A stretch of DNA of 47,092 nt, from NCBI GenBank assembly GCA_945788325.1, contig CALZLL010000002.1, positions 1 through 47,092 of the forward strand, in the 5' to 3' direction. A program made the translations under genes and the position numbers. Each line of letters begins with the position of its first letter. Within the stretch, counting starts at the first letter, position 1. The notes below the pieces were generated by a model. That model did not search any database. It was not told the DNA's origin and saw nothing but the letters and a program-made list of their open reading frames with translations. Below are positions 1 to 6,647 of the stretch, piece by piece. Origin of the DNA: an uncultured Clostridium sp. (GTDB taxonomy: Bacteria; Bacillota_I; Bacilli_A; RF39; UBA660).

Positions 1-572
1 CCACCCTCAGGACCAACGACTAGTAATATTTTAACACACTTATTATTTTTTTGAATCACTTTTTTAATATTTTTTGTATTTTTATTTAAAGAACATAAAA
101 GTTTAAGATCATAATCCATATAAATTAAATCTTGTAGGTTTAAAACTTCATTTATTTTAGGCATATTACTTCTAAACGATTGTTCTGATGCTTCCTTACA
201 AATTTTTTGCCATCTGTCTATTTTGGATGACTCTTTTTTCTTGTCTATCTTAACAACACTTCTTTTTGTATTGATAGGTATTAACATACCAGCACCAAGC
301 TCCGTTGTTTTTTGAAGCAAATAATTAAGTTTTTGTTCCTTTATTAATGAAAATGCAACGTCTACAGAATAATCCTTTTTATCTTTTTCTTCCTTATTTA
401 TAATTTCAAAAGATGATTTATTAGTAATGCTAGTAAGTTTACAGGTGTAAACAACATTGTCAAATACTACTTTTATTATGTCATCTTTTTTCATTCGCAT
501 CACGTTTTTAATGTGATGATAATCACTATCTTCTAATTCTAAGTTTTTATTTTTAGCAAAATATTGTTGCAT
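1..572 (-). CDS. rsmE: 16S rRNA (uracil1498-N3)-methyltransferase RsmE; the C-terminal end runs off the window start
   Basis: Absent from the ORF track because it is truncated. My reverse-complement translation from the ATG at 572-570 reads MQQYFAKNKNLELEDSDYHHIKNVMRMKKDD...KILLVVGPEGG. It ends in the (I/V)GPEGG SPOUT motif typical of RsmE. Confidence 0.75.
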   Translation of the reverse strand, partial: MQQYFAKNKNLELEDSDYHHIKNVMRMKKDDIIKVVFDNVVYTCKLTSITNKSSFEIINKEEKDKKDYSVDVAFSLIKEQKLNYLLQKTTELGAGMLIPINTKRSVVKIDKKKESSKIDRWQKICKEASEQSFRSNMPKINEVLNLQDLIYMDYDLKLLCSLNKNTKNIKKVIQKNNKCVKILLVVGPEG

Positions 573-757
573 TGTTCACCTCTAAATATTTTTTATAAGT
601 TATATTAAGAACTTATTAGTAAATACTATAACAAAATTAAAAAAAATAGTAAATAAAATTGTAAAAATATTAATTTAAATATTTATTAATAGTATATATC
701 TAATTTTTTTGATATAATAGTTAAAGTATAAGATTCTTATGAAAGAAGGTTTTTATA

Positions 758-1774
758 ATGGATGAACTTTTTGATATCGTAGAAGATGAAACACTATCTT
801 TAGATGACGACAACAATAAAGATAGTGAAAATAATAATGAAGAAATAGTAGAAAAGAAAAAAGCTAGTGTATTAGAAAAATATGGAGAAAATCTAAGTAC
901 CAAAGTATATATTACCAATCCTGCTATAGCTAGAGATAATGAAATAGAAAAAACTATCTTAACTATACTTACTCCTGATAAATCTGCTATTTTAGTTGGT
1001 AAAGCTGGTATTGGTAAAACTGCTATAGTTGAAGGAATTGCTTACAAAATACAAAATAATGATATTCCTAACGCAATTAAAGGTTATGACATAATAAAAG
1101 TTAATACATCTCAGTTACTTGGTAAATATACTTCTGATGATGGAACAGAAGAACTTAGAATTAACGTTTTACTAAAAGAAGTTGAAAACGCTTCTAATAC
1201 AATTTTATTCATTGATGAAATTCATACTCTTGTAATCGAATCAAGAAATAGTGGAATAGATTTTGTTAATGCTTTAAAACCCGCCTTATCTCGTGGTGAT
1301 ATTAAAGTAATTGGCGCTACTACACTTGATGAATATAATCAATATTTAATAAGAGATAAAGCTTTTCTAAGACGTTTTGAAAAAATAGACGTTGAAGAAC
1401 CAAATGCTGAAACTACCGTTAAAATACTTATGGGATCTTATCCTAGGATTGAAAAGAAAACTGGTGTAAAGCTAGCATATTCATCATTTGTAATAGAAAA
1501 TATAATGAAGTTTATCGTAAATATGACAAGTGAATATAAAAGAGTATATGAACTTGGTTCAAGATATCCTGATAATGCTTTGGCGTTATTATCTAAAGCA
1601 TTTAGTTATGCTAAGTTCGATAATAGCGAATTCGTTACTTTTAAACATATATATAAAGCTATAATGAATTGTCAAAGTGTTTATTCGGATGTAGTAAAAA
1701 AAGAAGCTGAAGCTTTTAAAGTTGAATTTAAAGACTTTCTTGAAAAAGAAAACGTAGATTTAAATGATTATTAA
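758..1774 (+). CDS. Standalone AAA+ ATPase resembling the D1 module of ClpA/ClpB/ClpC (no Clp N-domain, M-domain or D2)
   Basis: Walker A GKAGIGKT and Walker B ILFIDEIHTL. The segment LKPALSRGDIKVIGATTLDEYNQYLIRDKAFLRRFEKIDVEEP is near-identical in pattern to Clp/Hsp100 D1. The N-terminal 35 aa are acidic. An extended -10 (TGATATAAT, about 708-716) lies upstream. Confidence 0.75.
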   Translation: MDELFDIVEDETLSLDDDNNKDSENNNEEIVEKKKASVLEKYGENLSTKVYITNPAIARDNEIEKTILTILTPDKSAILVGKAGIGKTAIVEGIAYKIQNNDIPNAIKGYDIIKVNTSQLLGKYTSDDGTEELRINVLLKEVENASNTILFIDEIHTLVIESRNSGIDFVNALKPALSRGDIKVIGATTLDEYNQYLIRDKAFLRRFEKIDVEEPNAETTVKILMGSYPRIEKKTGVKLAYSSFVIENIMKFIVNMTSEYKRVYELGSRYPDNALALLSKAFSYAKFDNSEFVTFKHIYKAIMNCQSVYSDVVKKEAEAFKVEFKDFLEKENVDLNDY

Positions 1775-1778
1775 AAAA

Positions 1779-1812
1779 AGGCATTGTTTCTAATGAAATA
1801 ATGTCTTTTTAT
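1779..1812. terminator. Hairpin flanked by A-run and T-run between the convergent AAA+ and murE genes
   Basis: aaaaaGGCATTgtttctaatgaaatAATGTCttttt. The stem tolerates one G-U pair. A T-run follows on the plus strand and an A-run precedes it, so it can act in both directions. Confidence 0.4.
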
Positions 1813-3130
1813 ATGAAATAATATCATTTATTACCTCTACATCTGAAAAATGCAACTTTTTATCTCCTATTATTTGATAATCTTCATGTCCTTTACCTAA
1901 AACCATTAGTATCATATTATTATCCAATAATTCTATTCCCCTTTTAATAGCATCATATCTATCATAAATTACCTCATATTTACCACTTGCACCTTTTAAA
2001 ATATCTTTCATTATTTCTTGTTCATTTTCTTTTCTTGGATTATCATTAGTAAATATAATATAAGAAGAATATTTACAAGTTATTTTTGCCATTATTGGTC
2101 TTTTTGTTTTATCCCGGTTACCACCACAACCAACGATTGTTATTATCCCATTATTCTTTATCTTTTTAACCGTTTTTAATACTTTTTTAACCGCGTCAGG
2201 AGTATGGGCATAATCAACAAATATTACGTTATTTTTATATTTTATTTTTTGCATTCTACCTGGTGGCTCACTTAGTAAATATAATTTATCTTTAATACAA
2301 TTTACGTTATATCCTAACTTTTTAATTATGTAATATGCATATAAAAAATTATATACGTTAAACGTGCCAACTAAGGGAATATTAAAACATTTATTTATAT
2401 CATCTTTTATAATAATTTTAGTACCATTTAAATCATTAATTACCAAATTTATTTTTATATCTTTACCGATTATAAAGTTATTATTATCATTATTTATAAA
2501 TCTTTTATAACGTTTACCCTTTTTATTTAAAATACATATTTTATTATTTTTAGTCATGTGAATTATCTTTTTTTTACTTTTTATATAATCCCCCATAGTA
2601 AGATGATAATCTAAATGATCCTGAGTTATATTAGTAACTGCTATGGCATCAAATAATAATCCATGAACCCTGTCTTGTTTTAAAGCGTGAGAAGATACTT
2701 CCATAACAACTACTTTACAATTCTTATCTTTAGCATCCATTATTAAATTATATAAAATATCAATCGATGGTGTTGTGTTATCAAGTGAAATAACATTATC
2801 ATCTAAATAAAAACCAATAGTACCAATATAGGCTGTTTTAACACCAATCATGTTAAGTATTTGATATATTAAATAACAAGTTGTTGTCTTACCATTAGTT
2901 CCGGTAATTCCTATTAATTTTATATCTTTTATTTTTTCTTCATAATACTCTTTAATATAATCATAAATAGATTTAACTTGTTTTGTTTCTATATCAAACT
3001 CATCATTTGTTTCAGTAATGATTAAAGAAGCTTTATTATCTATTGCATTAGATACATACTTTTTATTTTTATCATTAACTAAAAATATATCTCCTTTCTT
3101 AATTTTATTAGAATCAATCCATAAACGCAT
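1790..3130 (-). CDS. murE: UDP-N-acetylmuramoyl-tripeptide synthetase (Mur ligase, MurE-type)
   Basis: GITGTNGKTTT P-loop, DYAHTPDA, GGNRDKTKRP and a GKGHEDYQIIG C-terminal motif. The N-terminus DSNKIKKGDIFLV resembles the MurE DSRkvkpGdlFvA pattern. Confidence 0.85.
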   Translation of the reverse strand: MRLWIDSNKIKKGDIFLVNDKNKKYVSNAIDNKASLIITETNDEFDIETKQVKSIYDYIKEYYEEKIKDIKLIGITGTNGKTTTCYLIYQILNMIGVKTAYIGTIGFYLDDNVISLDNTTPSIDILYNLIMDAKDKNCKVVVMEVSSHALKQDRVHGLLFDAIAVTNITQDHLDYHLTMGDYIKSKKKIIHMTKNNKICILNKKGKRYKRFINNDNNNFIIGKDIKINLVINDLNGTKIIIKDDINKCFNIPLVGTFNVYNFLYAYYIIKKLGYNVNCIKDKLYLLSEPPGRMQKIKYKNNVIFVDYAHTPDAVKKVLKTVKKIKNNGIITIVGCGGNRDKTKRPIMAKITCKYSSYIIFTNDNPRKENEQEIMKDILKGASGKYEVIYDRYDAIKRGIELLDNNMILMVLGKGHEDYQIIGDKKLHFSDVEVINDIISYKKTLFH

Positions 3131-3182
3131 TTTATCACCTTCTATATTTATTTATGATAAATATCTAAAAAGGCAACAAAAA

Positions 3183-3205
3183 AGATAAATAATTATTATT
3201 TATCT
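3183..3205 (-). terminator. AT-rich hairpin plus T-run immediately after the retron RT stop
   Basis: AGATAAATAA-tta-TTATTTATCT is a 10-bp perfect stem. On the minus strand it is followed by TTTTTTGTTGCCTTTTT. It separates the RT from murE. Confidence 0.45.
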
Positions 3206-3216
3206 CGTGTAAATAT

Positions 3217-4155
3217 TTATATTTTTTTTATTTGGTTTTTATATTTGATAAACTCCACATTATCTTTTTCTATTTGTAAAACAAAATTTATCTTTCCCTG
3301 TAATTCCCTTAAATATAATTCTTTATCTTTTGCTCTTATTCTTTTTAAATGACTATTTATACCATATTTTTTTATATAATACATTTCTTGTCTTATTTTT
3401 CTTTTATAACTTTTTCTTACGTTTGTTTTTCTATTAACCACAATACCAGTTACTTGTTGTCTAGTTGATTGTGTTACTACTTTTATTTTTTTCTTATTTA
3501 ATCTAAAACCATTTTTATACAATAATTTATTAACCAAACTAATAATTTCCTTTATATTGAAATCTCCAGAAAAAGTCATATCATCAGAATATCTAGTATA
3601 ACTAATATCCTTACTTTTACAAAAGGATCCCACAATTTCATCAAAATTTCTTAAACATAGGTTTGATATAAATCCACTAGTAGGTGCTCCTTGTGGCAAA
3701 TGATTATTATACACACATAAATTAGTAAGCAATATACCTAATTTCTTAGGATATAACGTTTCATTAAAACAAGTTTTATATACCATGTTGAAATTAACGT
3801 TATCAAAGAAGTTTTCTATATCAAGTTTTAAGATTATCTTTTTATTAATATGGGGCTTTGCATTATCTTTAATTGAACTATTTTTTAAATAGGCGCAAGC
3901 ATGATTAGAAATAATTTTTTCTTCTAAAACATTTTTAAGTATTTTTCTTTGTATGCTTTTTAAATTCTTACTAGGCGCATTTAAATATCTTAAACCACCA
4001 TTTTTTTTATGAATAATTATCTCTTCATAATTAGCATCTATGTCATTACTAATGCCATATAATATTTTATTTATCATTCTTATATTAGTAGTATTAACCA
4101 AATTAAAAGATGATAATAGTTCATTATATTTATCATCAGTTAAATATTTCCACAT
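3217..4155 (-). CDS. Retron-type reverse transcriptase (the ORF track extends to a TTG at 4170; ATG at 4155 preferred)
   Basis: Retron-diagnostic motifs line up with Ec86 RT: NAKPHINKKIILKLDIENFF (NAxxH...D..FF), LPQGAPTS, YTRYSDDMTFS (YxDD) and RQQVTGIVVN (the VTG motif). It is only about 312 aa, with no maturase, endonuclease or other fused domain. RBS GGGAG lies 8 nt before the ATG at 4155. Confidence 0.9.
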   Translation of the reverse strand: MWKYLTDDKYNELLSSFNLVNTTNIRMINKILYGISNDIDANYEEIIIHKKNGGLRYLNAPSKNLKSIQRKILKNVLEEKIISNHACAYLKNSSIKDNAKPHINKKIILKLDIENFFDNVNFNMVYKTCFNETLYPKKLGILLTNLCVYNNHLPQGAPTSGFISNLCLRNFDEIVGSFCKSKDISYTRYSDDMTFSGDFNIKEIISLVNKLLYKNGFRLNKKKIKVVTQSTRQQVTGIVVNRKTNVRKSYKRKIRQEMYYIKKYGINSHLKRIRAKDKELYLRELQGKINFVLQIEKDNVEFIKYKNQIKKI

Positions 4156-4171
4156 ATTATCATCTCCCAAT

Positions 4172-4330
4172 AGCAGGTACTATAAATATACTTAGTAAGT
4201 GAAATGTAACTGTTAATACGTGAAGCGTATAATATTACATTGAACGATTAAGTACAATAGATAATTTAGAGTTTCTTTTTTTAGCGACTCGCTAAAACGA
4301 TTTTTTATTAAAAATCAAACGCTACCTGCT
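4172..4330 (-). ncRNA. Retron msr-msd non-coding RNA
   Basis: 8-bp inverted repeats AGCAGGTA (4172-4179) and TACCTGCT (4323-4330) bound the element (a1/a2). On the minus strand the 5' repeat is followed by GCG, a candidate branching G. Two msr hairpins follow: GATTTTT-aata-AAAAATC and TTTTAGCG-agt-CGCTAAAA. A long interrupted msd hairpin comes next (TACTTA/TAAGTA, AATGTAA/TTACATT, ATACG-cttca-CGTAT). The element ends 16 nt before the RT start. Confidence 0.75.
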
Positions 4331-4337
4331 TAAATAT

Positions 4338-4345
4338 ATTATACA
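4338..4345 (-). promoter_or_regulatory. -10 element (TG-TATAAT) placed to start transcription at the msr 5' repeat
   Basis: The minus strand reads ATGTATAATATATTTAAGCAGGTAGCG, with TATAAT 7-8 nt upstream of the a2 repeat. The -35 is weak (TTTTAC at 17 nt). Confidence 0.4.
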
Positions 4346-4367
4346 TTTTTTTATTCAAAAGTAAAAT

Positions 4368-5543
4368 TTATTTTGATCTTACATTAATATCATCTATACA
4401 TTCATCGTACCTTAATACATGTTCTACATAATCAGGATCACCTGGGTAACTTGAATTTCTATAATCAAGCCATCCTAAATCATTAGATTTTAATACTTCA
4501 TCTTTAGTTTTACCAGTAGCATAACAATAAGAATTAATAATCTTATTAACACTACCAGGCCCCATATTATAGGTTTGGATAGCCGCTATTTTATTACCTT
4601 GCATTTGATTTAAATAATTTTGATAAATAGCACAACCCACTTTTATATTAAAATTAATATCTCTTAATTTATCTAAGGTTATATGAATAGTTTCATAACT
4701 TTCAGTTTCATAGTTATAAACTTTAATATCATTTCCATTCCATACGTCAACTTGCACTTGCATAAGTCCAATTGCACCACCAGAATCAACTTCATTTGAA
4801 TGTACTCCTCTTTCTTGGGTAGCTATTGCAAGCATAATAGATGGATCAAGGCCATACATATTAGCGTATTTTTCTATAATATCATAGTATAAATCTTTAG
4901 TTTTTTCAGCTTTAGTAGTATCCGTTTCATCCTTTATGCCAAGCATATTATACATGGTTGTCTGTTCTTTTTTAACGTCTAAGTTTTGGGTTTTGATATC
5001 AGTTTCTTCTTCATCTTTTTTTATTTCTTTTTTAATATATTCATTTTCTAATGTATCTACATAGTCTTTTTCTAAATCTTCTTTATTATCATCTACATAA
5101 ATAGCATTATCATAAGATGGTTTAACTGGTGTAATTATTGTTTTTACATCTTTATTATTAGCCTTAAATGCTGCAAAGCTAGCTACTGTAGAAATTGCTA
5201 TAACACCTGCTAAAACTTTAGCTCTCCATTTAGCTTCTTTATCTAATTTATATTTCTTTAATTTATCAAATATAAAATCAAATCTACTATCCCCTTGAAA
5301 ATAATAATAATCTTTTAAGGTGATTTTTAATTCTCCTACAAAGCACTCTAAATTATCACCATCAACCCATATATTATGAACTTTTGCCCTATTAAATTCA
5401 TTAAGTAATCTATTTAAATCCTTTTTTGAAACAATGCTATATTTTAAAAGGTTTTTATTATTTAAAACACTATCTAAACTAGCCTCTCCTTCTATAAAAG
5501 TAGCACTAGGTCCATCTATATTTCTTATTACAAGTTCACTCAT
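4368..5543 (-). CDS. Membrane-anchored lytic transglycosylase (SLT domain) with an unknown ~110-aa cytoplasmic N-domain
   Basis: One TM helix (VLAGVIAISTVASFAAFKA) is followed by an acidic, K/E-rich linker. The C-terminal SLT motifs are AIATQERG (catalytic Glu), GAIGLMQV and QTYNMGPG. RBS GGTGA. The gene ends 37 nt before the retron ncRNA, with no intervening hairpin. Confidence 0.75.
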   Translation of the reverse strand: MSELVIRNIDGPSATFIEGEASLDSVLNNKNLLKYSIVSKKDLNRLLNEFNRAKVHNIWVDGDNLECFVGELKITLKDYYYFQGDSRFDFIFDKLKKYKLDKEAKWRAKVLAGVIAISTVASFAAFKANNKDVKTIITPVKPSYDNAIYVDDNKEDLEKDYVDTLENEYIKKEIKKDEEETDIKTQNLDVKKEQTTMYNMLGIKDETDTTKAEKTKDLYYDIIEKYANMYGLDPSIMLAIATQERGVHSNEVDSGGAIGLMQVQVDVWNGNDIKVYNYETESYETIHITLDKLRDINFNIKVGCAIYQNYLNQMQGNKIAAIQTYNMGPGSVNKIINSYCYATGKTKDEVLKSNDLGWLDYRNSSYPGDPDYVEHVLRYDECIDDINVRSK

Positions 5544-5752
5544 ATTATCACCATATATAGTATAACAAATTATTTATTATCATAGTGTAAATATATATAA
5601 ACATTTACACTTTTTTATTATTATAAATGTAAACAAAAACTAGTTTATTCTGTTTTTATTATGAAAAGTACGCAAATCAATCTCATACTCAAACTCACTT
5701 GTTAAATAGATGTTAAAACTTTCTTATACTAGTGTCAACTCTTTATTATATT

Positions 5753-6238
5753 TCATGCATTTTTTTCTAATAATTTAAAGTTACAACATCTAGATTTTAT
5801 TTTTTTATTTAGTCTACCATTTATATAATCATTATATAATTTTTTTGATTTCCTATATAACTTTTCATCATTTCGTATAAGCCAATAAATTTGTTCCTTC
5901 AAAAGTTTATTATATTTATAACCAAAAACATCGTTAATTTTATTAAACTCAATCAATTTATAGTTTGGTTCTAAAACAGGTATCATATTATTAAAATTAA
6001 CCACACCTAATTCACCATCATCTAATTTTAAAAAATCAACCATGTTACGCATTATTTTATGTTTTTCTTTAGGGCTCGATAATGGTGCAAAATACTTGAT
6101 GGTATCTATTTCAAATAAAACACCAATAAAAGGCCTATTTTATTTCTTAGAAAAATTATAAGGAACCCTCTTATCAAATTCTCTTAAATAATCACAATAT
6201 TTACTATCAATAATAACTAATTTTAATTTTGTATTCAT
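5753..6238 (-). pseudogene. toxN: ToxN/AbiQ-family type III toxin (endoribonuclease) interrupted by an in-frame TAA at codon 33
   Basis: My translation from ATG 6238 (RBS AAAGAGGTG) reads MNTKLKLVIIDSKYCDYLREFDKRVPYNFSKK*NRPFIGVLFEIDTIKYFAPLSSPKEKHKIMRNMVDF... and continues in the same frame into the 99-aa track ORF. Three motifs match ToxN/AbiQ: FIGV..EI...Y.APLSSPK.KH, GVVNFNNMIPV and C-terminal CCNFKLLEK. The stop lies at 6140-6142. Confidence 0.8.
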
Positions 6239-6284
6239 TATAACACCTCTTTCTTTTTCAATACATTTGTTCGTTATATATAGT

Positions 6285-6321
6285 AAAATAAAAAGCTAGC
6301 ATAAATTTAATTACTGCTAGC
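6285..6321 (-). terminator. Intrinsic terminator between the antitoxin repeats and toxN
   Basis: The minus strand reads GCTAGCA-gtaattaaattta-TGCTAGC followed by TTTTTATTTT. This is the same position as the attenuating terminator in ToxIN loci. Confidence 0.65.
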
Positions 6322-6345
6322 AACTTTTTTAAGTCCCAATTTAAT

Positions 6346-6431
6346 GGCTGGGTTCACCGCTTTATTAAGTTCCTATTATGGCCGGAATCGCCGCTTTATT
6401 AAGTTCCTATTATGGCCGGAATCGCCGCTTT
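6346..6431 (-). ncRNA. toxI: ToxI/antiQ-like antitoxin RNA: about 2.5 tandem copies of a 34-nt repeat
   Basis: Copy 1 is 6346-6379 (ggctgggttcaccgctttattaagttcctattat). Copy 2 is 6380-6413 (ggccggaatcgccgctttattaagttcctattat). A partial copy spans 6414-6431. A degenerate partial copy (aagtcccaatttaat) lies just before copy 1. The repeats are directly adjacent with no spacers, upstream of and co-oriented with toxN. Confidence 0.75.
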
Positions 6432-6434
6432 TTC

Positions 6435-6458
6435 TAGTGTTAATTTAAATTAACACTA
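6435..6458. repeat. 24-nt perfect palindrome in the toxI leader
   Basis: TAGTGTTAATTT/AAATTAACACTA lies between the predicted promoter and the repeat array. No adjacent U-run on the minus strand, so it is not a terminator. Confidence 0.5.
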
Positions 6459-6504
6459 TATTATATGCAAATAAATTACATAACATAATTTCTTATGTAC
6501 CTAA

Positions 6505-6533
6505 ATATTACTATATCTATAAAACTCTGTCAA
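6505..6533 (-). promoter_or_regulatory. Near-consensus sigma-A promoter for the toxI-toxN transcript
   Basis: The minus strand reads TTGACA (6533-6528), 17 nt, then TAATAT (6510-6505). Confidence 0.55.
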
Positions 6534-6647
6534 TATGTTTTTATAATTTTCTATAAACAGAAATTTCTAATATATTTACCATGTATACTATCAATATTAT
6601 TTTTATATATCAGTATGAAATAAAAAAAGAAAATAGCTTAAAAATAA

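Noticed and set aside
1790-3130. The Mur ligase downstream of the RT considered as the retron effector
   Set aside because: It has all MurE-type motifs and a normal length for a housekeeping enzyme. It is also separated from the RT by a hairpin with a T-run. A decisive check would be whether a second murE exists elsewhere in the genome.
3217-4170. The RT considered as a group II intron maturase, DGR RT or Abi/UG-type RT
   Set aside because: There is no X/maturase or endonuclease domain and no intron domain V/VI-like RNA. No template or variable repeats are visible either. The protein instead has the retron-specific NAxxH and VTG motifs and an adjacent inverted-repeat-bounded structured RNA.
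5585-5610. Hairpin GTGTAAAT-N10-ATTTACAC followed by T6, considered as a plus-strand terminator
   Set aside because: There is no plus-strand gene upstream for it to terminate. It lies in the AT-rich toxN/SLT intergenic region, where such hairpins arise easily. It might be part of the SLT promoter or operator (the TGTAAAT motif occurs three times), but the evidence is too thin.
6140-6142. The in-frame TAA in toxN considered as evidence of stop-codon reassignment
   Set aside because: TAA terminates many clearly complete, conserved genes in this same window, for example murE (stop at 1790-1792) and the retron RT (stop at 3217-3219). A genome-wide recoding is therefore not supported, and a nonsense mutation or sequencing error is the simpler explanation.
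6346-6431. The tandem 34-nt repeats considered as a mini-CRISPR array
   Set aside because: The copies are directly adjacent with no spacers, and no cas genes are present. They sit between a promoter and a terminator upstream of a ToxN-like ORF. That layout is the type III antitoxin arrangement.
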